This document shows positions 53,631-64,000 of a stretch of DNA of 64,000 nt, in pieces. The stretch lies in contig NC_087437.1 in NCBI RefSeq assembly GCF_036321535.1, positions 92,196,001-92,260,000 of the forward strand, read 5' to 3'. The notes under the pieces were generated by a model. That model had not been told where the DNA came from, made no database searches, and saw nothing but the letters and a program-made list of their open reading frames with translations. Position numbers and translations under genes: made by a program. Origin of the DNA: Camelus dromedarius. Lineage: Eukaryota. Every line of letters starts with the position of its first letter. Position 1 is the first letter of the stretch.

Positions 53631-53652
53631 GTACTTAGGTACCTAAGTACTC
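53629..53652. repeat. Perfect 24-bp palindrome
   Basis: gagtacttaggtacctaagtactc equals its own reverse complement. Confidence 0.95.
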
Positions 53653-54374
53653 TAAAGCATGAGATGAAATAGAGATTTAGTAAAATAACAGAGAGTCATA
53701 TGAGGTTATTTAACTAAGTTTTATATTTCTATGTCCCAGTTTGAACCAAGAACATTTCATTAGCTGCCATGGAATTTCTCTTCTCTATCAGAACAGAACT
53801 TATGTAACAGATTTCTTTATAAGGTAGCGCTAAAAGGATTGGCTGTTTGAGAATAGATAGAGAAGGATTAGACATGGTAAGAAAAGGAGGTGATTAAAAT
53901 TCAGATTACATAGTGCTTATGGTAGAAAGATGCCATTTCTGCAGTTTAAAATGGACTGCTTACTGGAGCTCCTGAAAGGGCTTTCTGAGAACTTGTGCAG
54001 AGCTGCAAGAAATATTTTTTCCTCTGCCAAATAATTTTAGAGCTTCTCTGCAAAGCACATATATGCCTATCATCGAGCGCTTGGATTTCCTGTATTAGGA
54101 TATGAAATGGGTGCAGCTATTAACATATTCTGACTGCCTGAATCTGTTAAAGTGCGGATATGCAAATGAACAGCAGGCAGTGGGTTATTTCAGGTGAAGA
54201 GTTTTCTTTTTTATATGCAAAGTTCTCTAATTACCAGTTTTATATTCAAACTGAAATGCCTTTCTAAGTATATTTTACTCTAATGGCATCTAGATTAATT
54301 TTTCACTCAAGAAAAATCGGCTGAATGAATATTGCATAATTTTCAGCGCGTTCCTGAGACTGAAGCAAAGACAG

Positions 54375-54800
54375 AAATCAGTGCCCTTTGCTCCCAGACC
54401 ACCACCCTAAGGCACTTAGTCAGGAGGATCCAAATGCTGGGAAGTCTAAACTAAGACGAGCAGAGACCAACATCTTTCTTGGAAAATGGTACTCTCGGGT
54501 GCCTAGGGCAACCAGCTCAGCCCTTCTGCAGTGTAAGGGGGTTAACACCCATAAGCAGCCCCCGAGTGACAAGGGATAGAAATTTATAGATACAACTTCT
54601 GTTCCTCGTGCAGACAGTTTTGAGGTTCATGCCAAGTCTCTTTGGAAGGCCTGGTTGGCAATGAACTCAGCGACCTCAGCAGTGACCTGCTCTTTCACAG
54701 ATCTCTGGTTTTCCCTGCCTGCACCCTTCGTTCTCCATGCTCTCCCACTCTCTTTTCTCCTGGTATTATTTCCCAAAATAAACTCATCTCAGGCACGTTC
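54375..54800 (+). mobile_element. LTR16-like ERVL LTR
   Basis: ggggttaacacc...gacagttttgagg...ttctcctggtattatttcccaaaataaact. Confidence 0.7.
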
Positions 54801-55798
54801 TTATTATTCTCAACCTGAAAATACTGCCCTTTCACCTTCACACGTGGTGCCTATGTCTTAGAAATCTTTTTTCAATCTATATATTTCCATTTACCATCCC
54901 TCCCAAAATGATAGTAAGTGTTATTTAAGGACAAAGACAGATTGGTAGTGTGTGATATACATCACATTTTGATGAAAATTATATTCCCACTAATGTGATG
55001 ATGTTTTATTAAGAATACACAGATCAATGCTAGAGTAAAGAAATACATGCATTACTATGATGTACGGTAATTATTTTAATGCAACAGATTTGGTTAATTA
55101 CAATGTCTGTTTGAATTTCTTGTCTTAGAATATAGACAATAAAAGGGCAGAGAGTACAAATACTCTTTTCTGAAGCACTGGTCTAATACTTCTTACATTT
55201 AGCATAGAGTTAGTGATGTTAAAATTTCAGATACAAAAATGGGAGAAAAAATTGTGTCTACTAACATTGCATCTTTGCTAACTACTATAGAACCACATAA
55301 AGATTGCTTTGCTTTATGGCTGTGGCAATGTGGTTCCTGCCACACTGAGAGTCCTTTCAGTGAAAAAGTCTCACATTAGCTTTCCTAGCCTACTGAATAA
55401 ACATTACAGTTTTCAGAGATGTTGGTCCTTACTCCAATGAAATCTTTCTTAATACCTTAATAAAGAGTCATCTGAGCCCCCACTGGGAATAGAGTTAGGG
55501 TCAGTGAGTGGTTGGACAGATTGCATAAAATAAATCCATTCAACATTCCTGGCTTATTAGATCTTAGCATTCCTTCATCTACATTATATCACAAAATATC
55601 AGATGTACCACTTTTGCTTTTCCTAGGTCACCAAAGAGTCTATGCTTAATTCAATATACTGAACTGAGGAAAAGAAAGAAAAAGAAAAAAAAGAAATACT
55701 AAGAGTTGCAGTTGCTTAAGTTTAAACACTGGCTCTAGAGTACTTGGTACATGTACTTATATGGATAAATTTAGCCTGAGTCAAAATTAAATTACTTA

Positions 55799-55943
55799 GG
55801 GGGAGGGTATAGCTCTAGCGGTAGAGGGCATGCTTAGCATGCCTGAGGTTCCGGATTCAATCCCTAGTACCTCCTCTAAAAATAAATGAAATAAACCTAA
55901 TTATTTCCCCCCACCAAATAATAATAATAATAATAATAATACA
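55799..55943 (+). mobile_element. tRNA-derived camelid SINE (Vic-1-like) with TSD
   Basis: ggggagggtatagctctagcggtagagggcatgcttagcatgcctgaggttccggattcaatccctagtacctcc, with a (TAA)n tail. TSD aattaaattactt at 55785-55797 and 55946-55958. Confidence 0.93.
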
Positions 55944-56129
55944 AGAATTAAATTACTTTTTCTCTGGTCTTTAGAATCCATCCATAGGTACATATTTTCT
56001 GTATGTATGTTGTAAAATCTCATCATTCTTTGTATGTGTAAGCTTTTTTCCTCCAAAATTTGACTTGGTAATTGGCCTCTTGGGTCATGTAGGCAATTAT
56101 TTCTAGTTATGAGGTTAATATAGGCATTT

Positions 56130-57285
56130 GGCTAAGAAGTGAGGAGTGGCTTCCTAAGCAGAGTAACTATATTGTGGGATGTCAGGACAGGGACATTGAT
56201 GGCCAAGGAAAGAGGCATTGCTTTTATTGGCCAGGGAGAATCAAGGAAATTTAGGGGCTCAAAGCTGCTGGGTAAACTGAACACTCCCATATTCCCATTA
56301 TGAATCAGAGATCCCCACTCTTTTCCTATTACTGTCTTCTCTTCCACATATGAGATTTGGTGATGATGTGAATTCAAATCACATTCTAATTAAAAACAAA
56401 ACACAGAACATTTTCAGGTTGATTTTTGACCATCTCGCTTTCTCAGTTTCAGCTGAGATTCTTTGAAACTCATGGTAGAAATTCTCTCTTCTCCAACAGT
56501 TCCTTTGCCTAAGATTATGGATTATGAGGTCATCATTCTCAATATTTAAATCAGACACACAGCTCCACATCTTTATATTCCTCATGCTAATCATACTGCT
56601 GTCAAAGCTTTTCATTCAATGGACACTTCTTTCTAGATACACTAGGAAATACCTTAATGAACTGTTGTGCCCCTTCATCCCATGGGCTGACAAGAGTCCA
56701 ATTCTTTCACTGAGGCCAGCATTTCACTGTCCTTGGACCGATACAGGCCTAATAATCAATTCGATATCCCCATTTTGTTTAGGATCTTTTATTAGAAAAC
56801 CACTTTAAGTACAAATTTCCGTATCAGTAAGAGGTTTTAGCTGAAAAAGTCAGTATTACTAATTTATTAGTAATTTACTCAGGGAAATAATGAATTATGT
56901 TTCTAGACAGCTTATAGAATAACTCTGTAGAACAAAGAGCTCCCTAGGAAAAAATGCCAAAGCATAACATATGGATTTACTCTAACAAAAAATTTACTGC
57001 TACCACCTTTCAACACCAGCAGTTCAATTTCTATAAATAAGGAAGTGCTACCTCAGGCTCTTCAGGACTGGGATCTAGAAGTTACACCACTGTTACATGT
57101 GAAGATTTAGAAAGGATGTCTTTCATGTGCAACAAAAGATACATTTACTCCGATGTTCTTCTGTTTCTCTTTCAAAATTGTAATGTTGCATAAATGATTC
57201 TGAATGGTGAAACTTAGAATAAATGCCTACACTCTAGCCATAAGGAAACCTGGACAAATGCATTTTAATTTTATCTTAACTCTAA
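56130..57285 (-). mobile_element. Old MaLR/ERVL internal remnant with adjoining LTR
   Basis: A decayed internal-like segment ends aaaccactttaagtacaaatttcc, then gtatcag at about 56821 marks an internal/LTR junction pattern. LTR motifs include actctagccataaggaaacctggacaaatgcatt. Confidence 0.5.
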
Positions 57286-57293
57286 AGGGCTCA

Positions 57294-57675
57294 CGTATTA
57301 GGCTGAATAATGGCCTACAAAATTCTAATTCCTGAATCTTTGGATATTTTAAGTTACATGGCAAAAGGGATTTTAGAGCTGTGAGTCAGAGAGAAAGAGA
57401 GAGATGTAAGAATGGAATGAAAATTCAGAAGGAGAGAAGATGTTACATTGCTCCCTTTGAAGATGGGGGAAGGGGCTGTGAGTTAAAGAATACAGGGGGT
57501 TTCTAGGACCTAGAAAGGCAAGGAAACATATTCCCTTCTACAGGCTCCAAAAGGAATATAGCCCTGCAGATCCATTTTAGACTTCTGACCTCTAAAACAG
57601 TAAGAGACAAAAAAATGTGCTTTTAGCCACTGCACTTGTGTTAATGTGTTATAGTAGCAATACGAAAAAAATACA
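57294..57675 (+). mobile_element. MLT1D-like MaLR solo LTR
   Basis: ggctgaataatggcc...ttacatggcaaaagggatttt...ctttgaagatgggggaagggg...gaaaggcaaggaaaca...ttttagacttctgacctc...aataca; 5-bp TSD gctca/gctta. Confidence 0.9.
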
Positions 57676-57809
57676 GCTTATGGGAAAATCTATAGACAGT
57701 GTGTGTTCAAACAAATCTGGCAACCATAAAACACAGAAAATATCCAAAGCAAACAAGAAAACAACAAAAGTCTTTCAACAGAAAAGTGATTTTAAACTCC
57801 TTAAAAAAT

Positions 57810-58122
57810 CCTCAACTACTGATCTATACACCAACATGAAGAAATTTCAAAGTAATTACGTTGTGTGTGAAAGAAGTCAGAAGAGAGTTTATAATAATCC
57901 AACTTATTATTCTATTTATGATTTACTTTATAATCCTTAGAGACAGAAAGCAGATCAGTAGTTGACTCAGAGGGTAGAGCAAGAAGGGTTGTGGGGCAGA
58001 ACAGGAAAAGGAAATTACAGTTGGAACTTGGGGCTAATGGATAGGTTTGCGGTCTTGATTGTGGTAACAGCTTCATGGATGATTTCATGTTAAAATATCA
58101 AATTGTACATTTTAAATATGAA
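57810..58122 (+). mobile_element. Old L1 3'UTR (L1MD/MC-like)
   Basis: gtgaaagaagtcaga...gacagaaagcagatcagtagttg...tcttgattgtggtaacagcttcatgga...atcaaattgtacattttaaatatg. Confidence 0.8.
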
Positions 58123-58174
58123 GTGTTAAGAGTTGAAACAACATTCTGACTACTATGTAGAAAATAGTTTATAG

Positions 58175-58676
58175 TGTGGGGGAGAAAAAACATTTTCTTC
58201 AACCTTTTTAGAATCCCTGGCTGGATCTGAAAATTAAACTGACAAAGACAGATTAATAGGAGAAAAGCATACAAACTTTTATTAAAATTTTACATGTACA
58301 TGGGAGGCTTCATAAGAAAATGACCCAAAGAAGTGACCAGCCCAGGAAGCTCTTATACTTTAAGACAAAGAAAACAATACATTGTGTAAAGGATTGATAA
58401 GACAAAGGAGTTTGGGTTATGGGTACCTATAGGGATGGTTGGTCCTTGTCTTATTCAACTGGAAGGTAAGTGATAGTGTAACAAGGTTTGTTTGAATGTT
58501 TCTTTGCTGCCCTCTCTCACCCGGTAAGAGTCTATACCAGTAAAAGAACGTATTTTCTACCTTTAAGCAGAAAAGGTGGGGTGGTCTGTGTTTATTGCTA
58601 CTTAGTTGCTTTCAACTCACAATAGTTTTTATGTCAAAGAAGCATATTCTGGGGTAACATATTCTGGTTTCCATTA
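58175..58676 (-). mobile_element. Solo LTR, ERV1-class (MER34/LTR39-like), inserted in L2
   Basis: Starts TG; aattaaactgacaaagacagattaataggagaaaagcataca; ends atgtcaaagaagcatattctggggtaacatattctggtttcc. Perfect 4-bp TSD atag at 58171-58174 and 58677-58680. Confidence 0.85.
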
Positions 58677-58680
58677 ATAG

Positions 58681-59300
58681 GGAAGAAAGAACAAAAATGA
58701 GAAGTGAATTGGTTAGCGGTGTGTTAGTGTTAGCGGTGATTGAGATGATGGATGATGGTCCTAGATAGAGTGGGTGATAGTAAAAAAAAAAAGTAAAGCA
58801 TGCCTAGGTTCAAGATACACTGGCAAATAGCCAACAAGACCTGCTGATGTTTTGGGTATACATGATAAGGAATAAAGAAGCACGAAAAAGGACTTCTAAG
58901 TTACCAGCCCTGAGATAAGGAAGACTAGATGAGAAACAGTGTAGGTAGTTGTGTGAAAAATATTCTGATTTAGCCACAGTAAATTTGACAAGTCTATGAA
59001 ACATCTGAGTGGATATAACAAGCAAGTAGGATGGCCAAAAGTCTGGAGCTTGGAGGCGTGAACAGGCTGAAATTCAAAATTTGTAAGTCAATGATGCATA
59101 GAAAATACTGAAAGTTGTGAGAATGGATATAATACAGAAGCAGAATAAAAAAAGAAGGCATCTCTGGAAGGAAAATATATATAAAAGTATACAGAGATCT
59201 ACTTGACCTTGGAAGATCATAAAGTAAGCCATAACTTGAAAGGCTATGACTACAGTAGCAGTAAGGGAAATACAAAGGATAGAACAAAGCCAAGATGTGC
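58681..59300 (-). mobile_element. L2 fragment (host of the LTR; also about 58125-58170)
   Basis: agccaacaagacctgctgatgtttt...aaggacttctaagtt...acatctgagtggatataacaagcaagtagg...aagtctggagcttggagg. Confidence 0.7.
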
Positions 59301-59432
59301 TGAGAATAATCACTTATTCAACCATGCATTCAACAGATATCTATTCAAAGCAATAGAAATATGAGGATAAACAAGACAGCTGTCATCCATAGCTTATGTT
59401 ACAGTAAACATTACAATGTACAAAAGGATACA

Positions 59433-60306
59433 CAGTAAGTCCCCCCTAAACTGCAGGGATACATTCCAAAACCCCCAGTGGATGCTTGAACCCAACGTTA
59501 GTATTGAACACTATACATACATACTATGCTTTTTCACTGTATGTGCATGTCTATGATAAAGCTTAATTTACAAATTAAGCAAAGTAAGAGATTAACAACA
59601 ATAATTAATAATAAAATACAGCAATTATAACAATAGACTATAATAAAAATTATGTAGATGCTATCTCTCTCGCTCTCAAAATATTTTATTGTACAAAATT
59701 AAAGCTTTTTCTATCTTAATTAAATAAGCATTTGTCACAAAATCACTGTTGTCATAACTTTTGTAGTTTGAGGTGTGACAGGAAAACTAGAAGGAATTTT
59801 TTTTCCTGCTTCACAATTTCACGGAGATTCATTCCTACTGTAGATTTTAGTGACCTCAGCATGTAATTTTTTTCTTTCCTTAGTAAGTTGAGAACTTTCA
59901 CCTTTTCACTTGAAGAATGCCCTTTACTGTTTTTTATTAGCATATCCAGATTGCCAGCACCACTACTCTTGGGCTTTGGAGCCATTATTAAGTAAATTAA
60001 AGGTTACCTGAATACAAGCACTGTTATACTGTGACAGGTGATCTGAAAACCAAGGTGGCTACTAAGTAACTAAGGGTGGGTGGGGGGACACCCTGGACAA
60101 AGGGGTAATTCACGTTCTTGGTGGGATGGAGCAGCATAGCTTGAGATTGCGTCATGCTGTTCAGAATGGCAAGTAATTTAAATCTTTCGAATTGTTTATT
60201 TCTAGAATTTTCAATTTAATATTTTCAGACCTTGGTTGACCAAGGGTGACTGACACTGTGAAAACAAAATTGCAGGTAAGCGGGGGAGCAGGAGGGGGAA
60301 CTACTG
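59433..60306 (-). mobile_element. Tigger7/MER44-like TcMar-Tigger deletion derivative with transposase N-terminal remnant
   Basis: Imperfect TIRs cagtaagtcccccc...gggggaactactg. ORF 59752-59985(-) MAPKPKSSGAGNLDM...SEKVKVLNLLRKEK resembles the CENP-B-type HTH N-terminus of Tigger7 transposase and is frameshifted. Confidence 0.88.
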
Positions 60307-61789
60307 CACATTAAAGGGCAAATATGTAATGCCTAGTTTGATGCTTAACAATTGGCTATATAAATTATGATTCTCCATATATTTATATATATGTGATAAA
60401 GATAAAATTAGAAAAATCTTTATAGCAGTATCCTTCTCAAGTATGTTAAATGTTTTTCTAATGCAGTAGAATTAGTAACAGAAAGCTAGGCTATGGAAAA
60501 ATTAAGGGTTACACTTTAAAAAACTAAGAATACTTGTGTCTAAACTTTTGTTCAACTTCTGAGTTTATTTTGCAGTTTATGAACTGAAAAAAATAGTACT
60601 TTTGTATCCATCAGACAAATAAACAGAGCTTATTATTTTGAATATGTATGATCCAAGATCAGATTAAGCATATTTATTTTCAGTTCAACTTTTTAATGTT
60701 ATTTTAAGGCAAAATCAAGATTTTAACATAGAAGGCAAATAAATGCAAGTAAAACAATAAATTGATGCCACATATATTAAGTGAAGATTCAACAAAATCA
60801 TTGTCTTTAATATTACATGAAAATAGTCATGCTTTCATCTGAAGTTGCATATAAGTATTCATAATATCCTCATTACCTATTTTTTATGGTAGTCACAAAA
60901 CATTAAAACAATATACCCATTCAAATGTCAAGATATTACTCCAATTTTTTAGACTTGAATTGTGTTTTTCAATGTAGGGTCTACAAAACGTAAATATTTT
61001 CTGTTGGGCTGCAAAGGAATCCCCAAATTTAGTCCCGTATATTCTCATAAGTAAATAAAAACTGTTTGAATTTTAATTTTATGTATAACTAAGGGCTGTT
61101 TGCTATTAACCTATTAAGTGAGTTAGAGGATTCTAAAAGTTGTTATTCATACACTAAAATGGATGTGTTGCTATGGTTTCCTGAGACCTCTAAACCAGTA
61201 TTTTGCCAAGAAATCGGTCCGCCATTTGGCAAAAGTATCTTCCACACACATGTATCACAGTAAGGGAGAGGATTCAGAGGAGGGTGTTAAGATAGACATG
61301 GGTTATTTCAAGCTAGCTGTGATTCTCTAATTTAGCTACATTTATATTAAACATATTTTTAGAAACAACATTAGATATTTTTTACTTTTGCTCTCTTTGT
61401 TATATATTTATATGGTCTATTTGAACATTCTGACAATTATATATTGATAACTTCAATATGTAAGGACTTCCCTATTCTTTTTTTCACTACTGTTCATGCA
61501 GAATATGTTGTCTTGGGGTTTCTATTGCCCTCCTTAAGCAGGCCATGGTCAAAAGCTTATTTTAAGTAAAAACAGAATTTGCAAAAGACACAGAGATTTC
61601 CCTGATCAACTATGACCTCTTACATTTCATATAGCAAGATTTGGCCCCTGGTGATGTCTGTGGCGGACTGTGAGGCGATATACATCTTAATGTTGGTTGC
61701 TGCTATTACTAAAGCCAAAGCAAAACCCATTTCTTCATAGACAAAACCATTAGAATGTAAACTATAGGAGAGTGTGCATGTACTCCTTG

Positions 61790-62380
61790 GAGCTTTTTGA
61801 AGTGTGAATCAGGTTATATCACTGTCTTATTCAAAGCCTTTCAATAGCTTTTTGTATTTTTCCACAATTAGTATAATGTCTAAAACCTTTGCCAGTGGCT
61901 GACAAGGTTCCTCCTGACGTGGAACAATGATTCTTGGACTTAAACTCACACCTACCACTCTTCTGCCTTTTTCTCTCTCCTCCAGTCATATTAGGCTTTT
62001 AATTTTCTACGAATAGGCAAAGCATCTTCCCAACTCAAGGTTGATGACCGTGCTCCCCCCTTTTCCACAAATGTTCTTCTTTCTATATTTAACTGGCATG
62101 TCTCTAGCTTCCTGGGTCACTGTTCCAGTGTTCCTTACTGCCATCAAAAAGGGCACCTCTCTTATCATATTTTACCACCACATTCTGCTTTTCCCCCTTT
62201 ATTGTGCTATTGAATACATAACATTAAATTTTGATTTATATTTTATTGTCTTTTTCACTACATTGTCACCCCCTGCGGGCAGGCTCTGTCCTTCTCTGTT
62301 CTCCTATATTCAGAGTAGGTAGTACAGTGCTCACCCAAAAAGGCACTCAAGAAATCTGTGCTCAGTAAAGGAATAAATCT
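61790..62380 (+). mobile_element. L2 3' region
   Basis: ttcaaagcctttcaatagc...ctctcctccagtcatattaggc...gcaaagcatcttcccaactcaagg...gtacagtgctcacccaaaaaggcactcaagaaatctgtg. Confidence 0.7.
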
Positions 62381-63408
62381 CCTCATGGATAGCATTTGGC
62401 ACATTGTATGTTCTTAAGAAATATTTATAGAGTATTGAATGCACTAAATTCATCGGCCACTTTCTGTGTCTGGGAAGCAGTCACAACCTTCGACTGCCGG
62501 CCCCCACACTTTGTTTCAAAGAATAGAAGCATCTTATACTTGAGATCATCTTATCCAGCCCTCATTTATACTGTCCCAGGTCTGTCGCTATTATTGAATG
62601 CAAATGTCCTTATTGAGCAATATCCGTGAGAAAAATGTATCCACCCTCGCCCAGCTCCTTTTAAAAAAATATGCTACTTATTGTTTCAAAATGATTTCAT
62701 TTCTGGTTCATCTTATTCTGCACTGTCTTTTCTGAAGGTCAGACTGATCTCTTTTAGAAAATATTCTCAATCCCTGATATTGATACTTCTAAGAGGGTGG
62801 CTCCATCTTAATATCAGCTCATGTGAATATCAGATGAGTGTGCATAAGCTTCTCCCACAGCAGAGTTTTGACATTAAGAAAATTAAAATATGCCTTAATC
62901 ATAGAATGTTTCAACTGTTGTCTGACATTTTAAAGGATTTTCTCATGAATTTCAGAATAGATTACACTCCTGCCTGGATTGTTGGGTATAAAAAATAATC
63001 TAAGTGACTTAAACTTTATTTCTAATTTATAACAGATAAAGTGCAAGAGAAAGAGAGACAGAGATGGAGAGACAGAGAGACATAGAGAGAATCTGAATGA
63101 AGGGGGGCTTTCTATATCTATGAATTTGTCTTTTTGCTTCACAGGGATCCAAGGATTTTTTCTATTATAAAATCATATATAGTTTCTTATAATTAACTTG
63201 AGTCCTGTAGGTATATAATAGACTTATTTTAATAGGAATATACTTAGCTTTTTGTAAGAGCTCCAAGGAGAAAAAAATTCAATTTTTTAAAAACTTCTAT
63301 ATGAAACTAGATATTTAATTATCCTTAGGGTATTCTTGTTTATGAGAGAAATAGTTCAAAATTTGCTAAACAAACTGAGGCTATTATATATTCATGTGGC
63401 AGTTTTAG

Positions 63409-63812
63409 GCAGCAACATGGATGGACCTATAGATGAAGAAAGTCAGAGAAAGACAAATAGCCTTAATATATTAATTATATGTGGGACCTAAAAAAAAGAT
63501 ACAAATGACTTATTTACAAAACAGAAATAGACTCACAGACATAGAAAACAAATAAGGCTGCCAAAGGGGAAAGGGAAGAGAGGGATAAATTGGACATTTG
63601 GGATTAACTTTATATAAATTAGGTAAACAACAAGGATCTATTGTACAGCATAGGGAACTATATTCAATATCTTGTAATAGCCTATAGTGTTAATGAAAAA
63701 GAATGGAAAATAATCTGAAAAAGAATACATACATATGCATGTGTACATATATATATATATATATATGTACACACAATTTTGTAAATCAACTATAGGTCAA
63801 TAAAAATAAATT
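63409..63812 (+). mobile_element. L1 3'UTR fragment (artiodactyl-type)
   Basis: gcagcaacatggatggaccta...aaaacagaaatagactcacagacatagaaaacaaa...aacaacaaggatctattgtacagcatagggaactatattcaatatcttgtaata...tgtaaatcaactata...aataaaaa. Confidence 0.9.
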
Positions 63813-63939
63813 TTTAAAAGTAGCATAATTAATAAGAAGAGTCTTTTTTCAGAATATATAATATTTATAAAATAAATTTTTAAAAGTAGCATAATTAAAA
63901 AGAAGAGTCTTTTTTCAGAATATATCATTTATAAAATAA
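63803..63939 (+). repeat. About 66-bp tandem duplication
   Basis: aaaataaatttttaaaagtagcataattaa(t/a)aagaagagtcttttttcagaatatat... occurs at 63803 and 63869. Confidence 0.9.
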
Positions 63940-64000
63940 TTTTTTTCTCTTAACACAATTTTTATAGTATCTGATAAAAATATTAAAATGTTTTCTCATA

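Noticed and set aside
55799..55873. Genuine tRNA gene (also 20050-20125)
   Set aside because: It is followed by a SINE body and tail, has mismatched stems, and this copy has a TSD. It is a tRNA-derived SINE head.

Overview
This is AT-rich, CpG-depleted mammalian non-coding DNA (gene desert or a very large intron), most likely from a camelid. Two tRNA-derived SINEs match the camelid Vic-1 type, and I recognised no Alu, B1/B2, Bov-tA/BovB, PRE1 or Can-SINE. I found no supportable host protein-coding exon, RNA gene or CpG-island promoter. The only ORFs with recognisable protein are decayed LINE-1 ORF2 pieces and a Tigger7/MER44 transposase N-terminus. The window is a layered record of interspersed repeats: L1 of several ages, L2, MIR, L3/CR1, ERV1-class and MaLR/ERVL LTRs, and hAT and TcMar DNA transposons. 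Several repeat-free, motif-rich stretches between them may be conserved enhancers. The most notable structures are: a twin-primed, 5'-inverted L1 nested in an older L1; a tiny antisense L1-ORF2 fragment with its own A-tail and TSD; a perfect 24-bp palindrome; a palindromic MEIS/TGIF site next to HOX-type motifs; and several short tandem duplications. I see no evidence for a new biological system. Repeat subfamily names come from my recollection of consensus sequences, not from a search, and the boundaries of old repeats are approximate.
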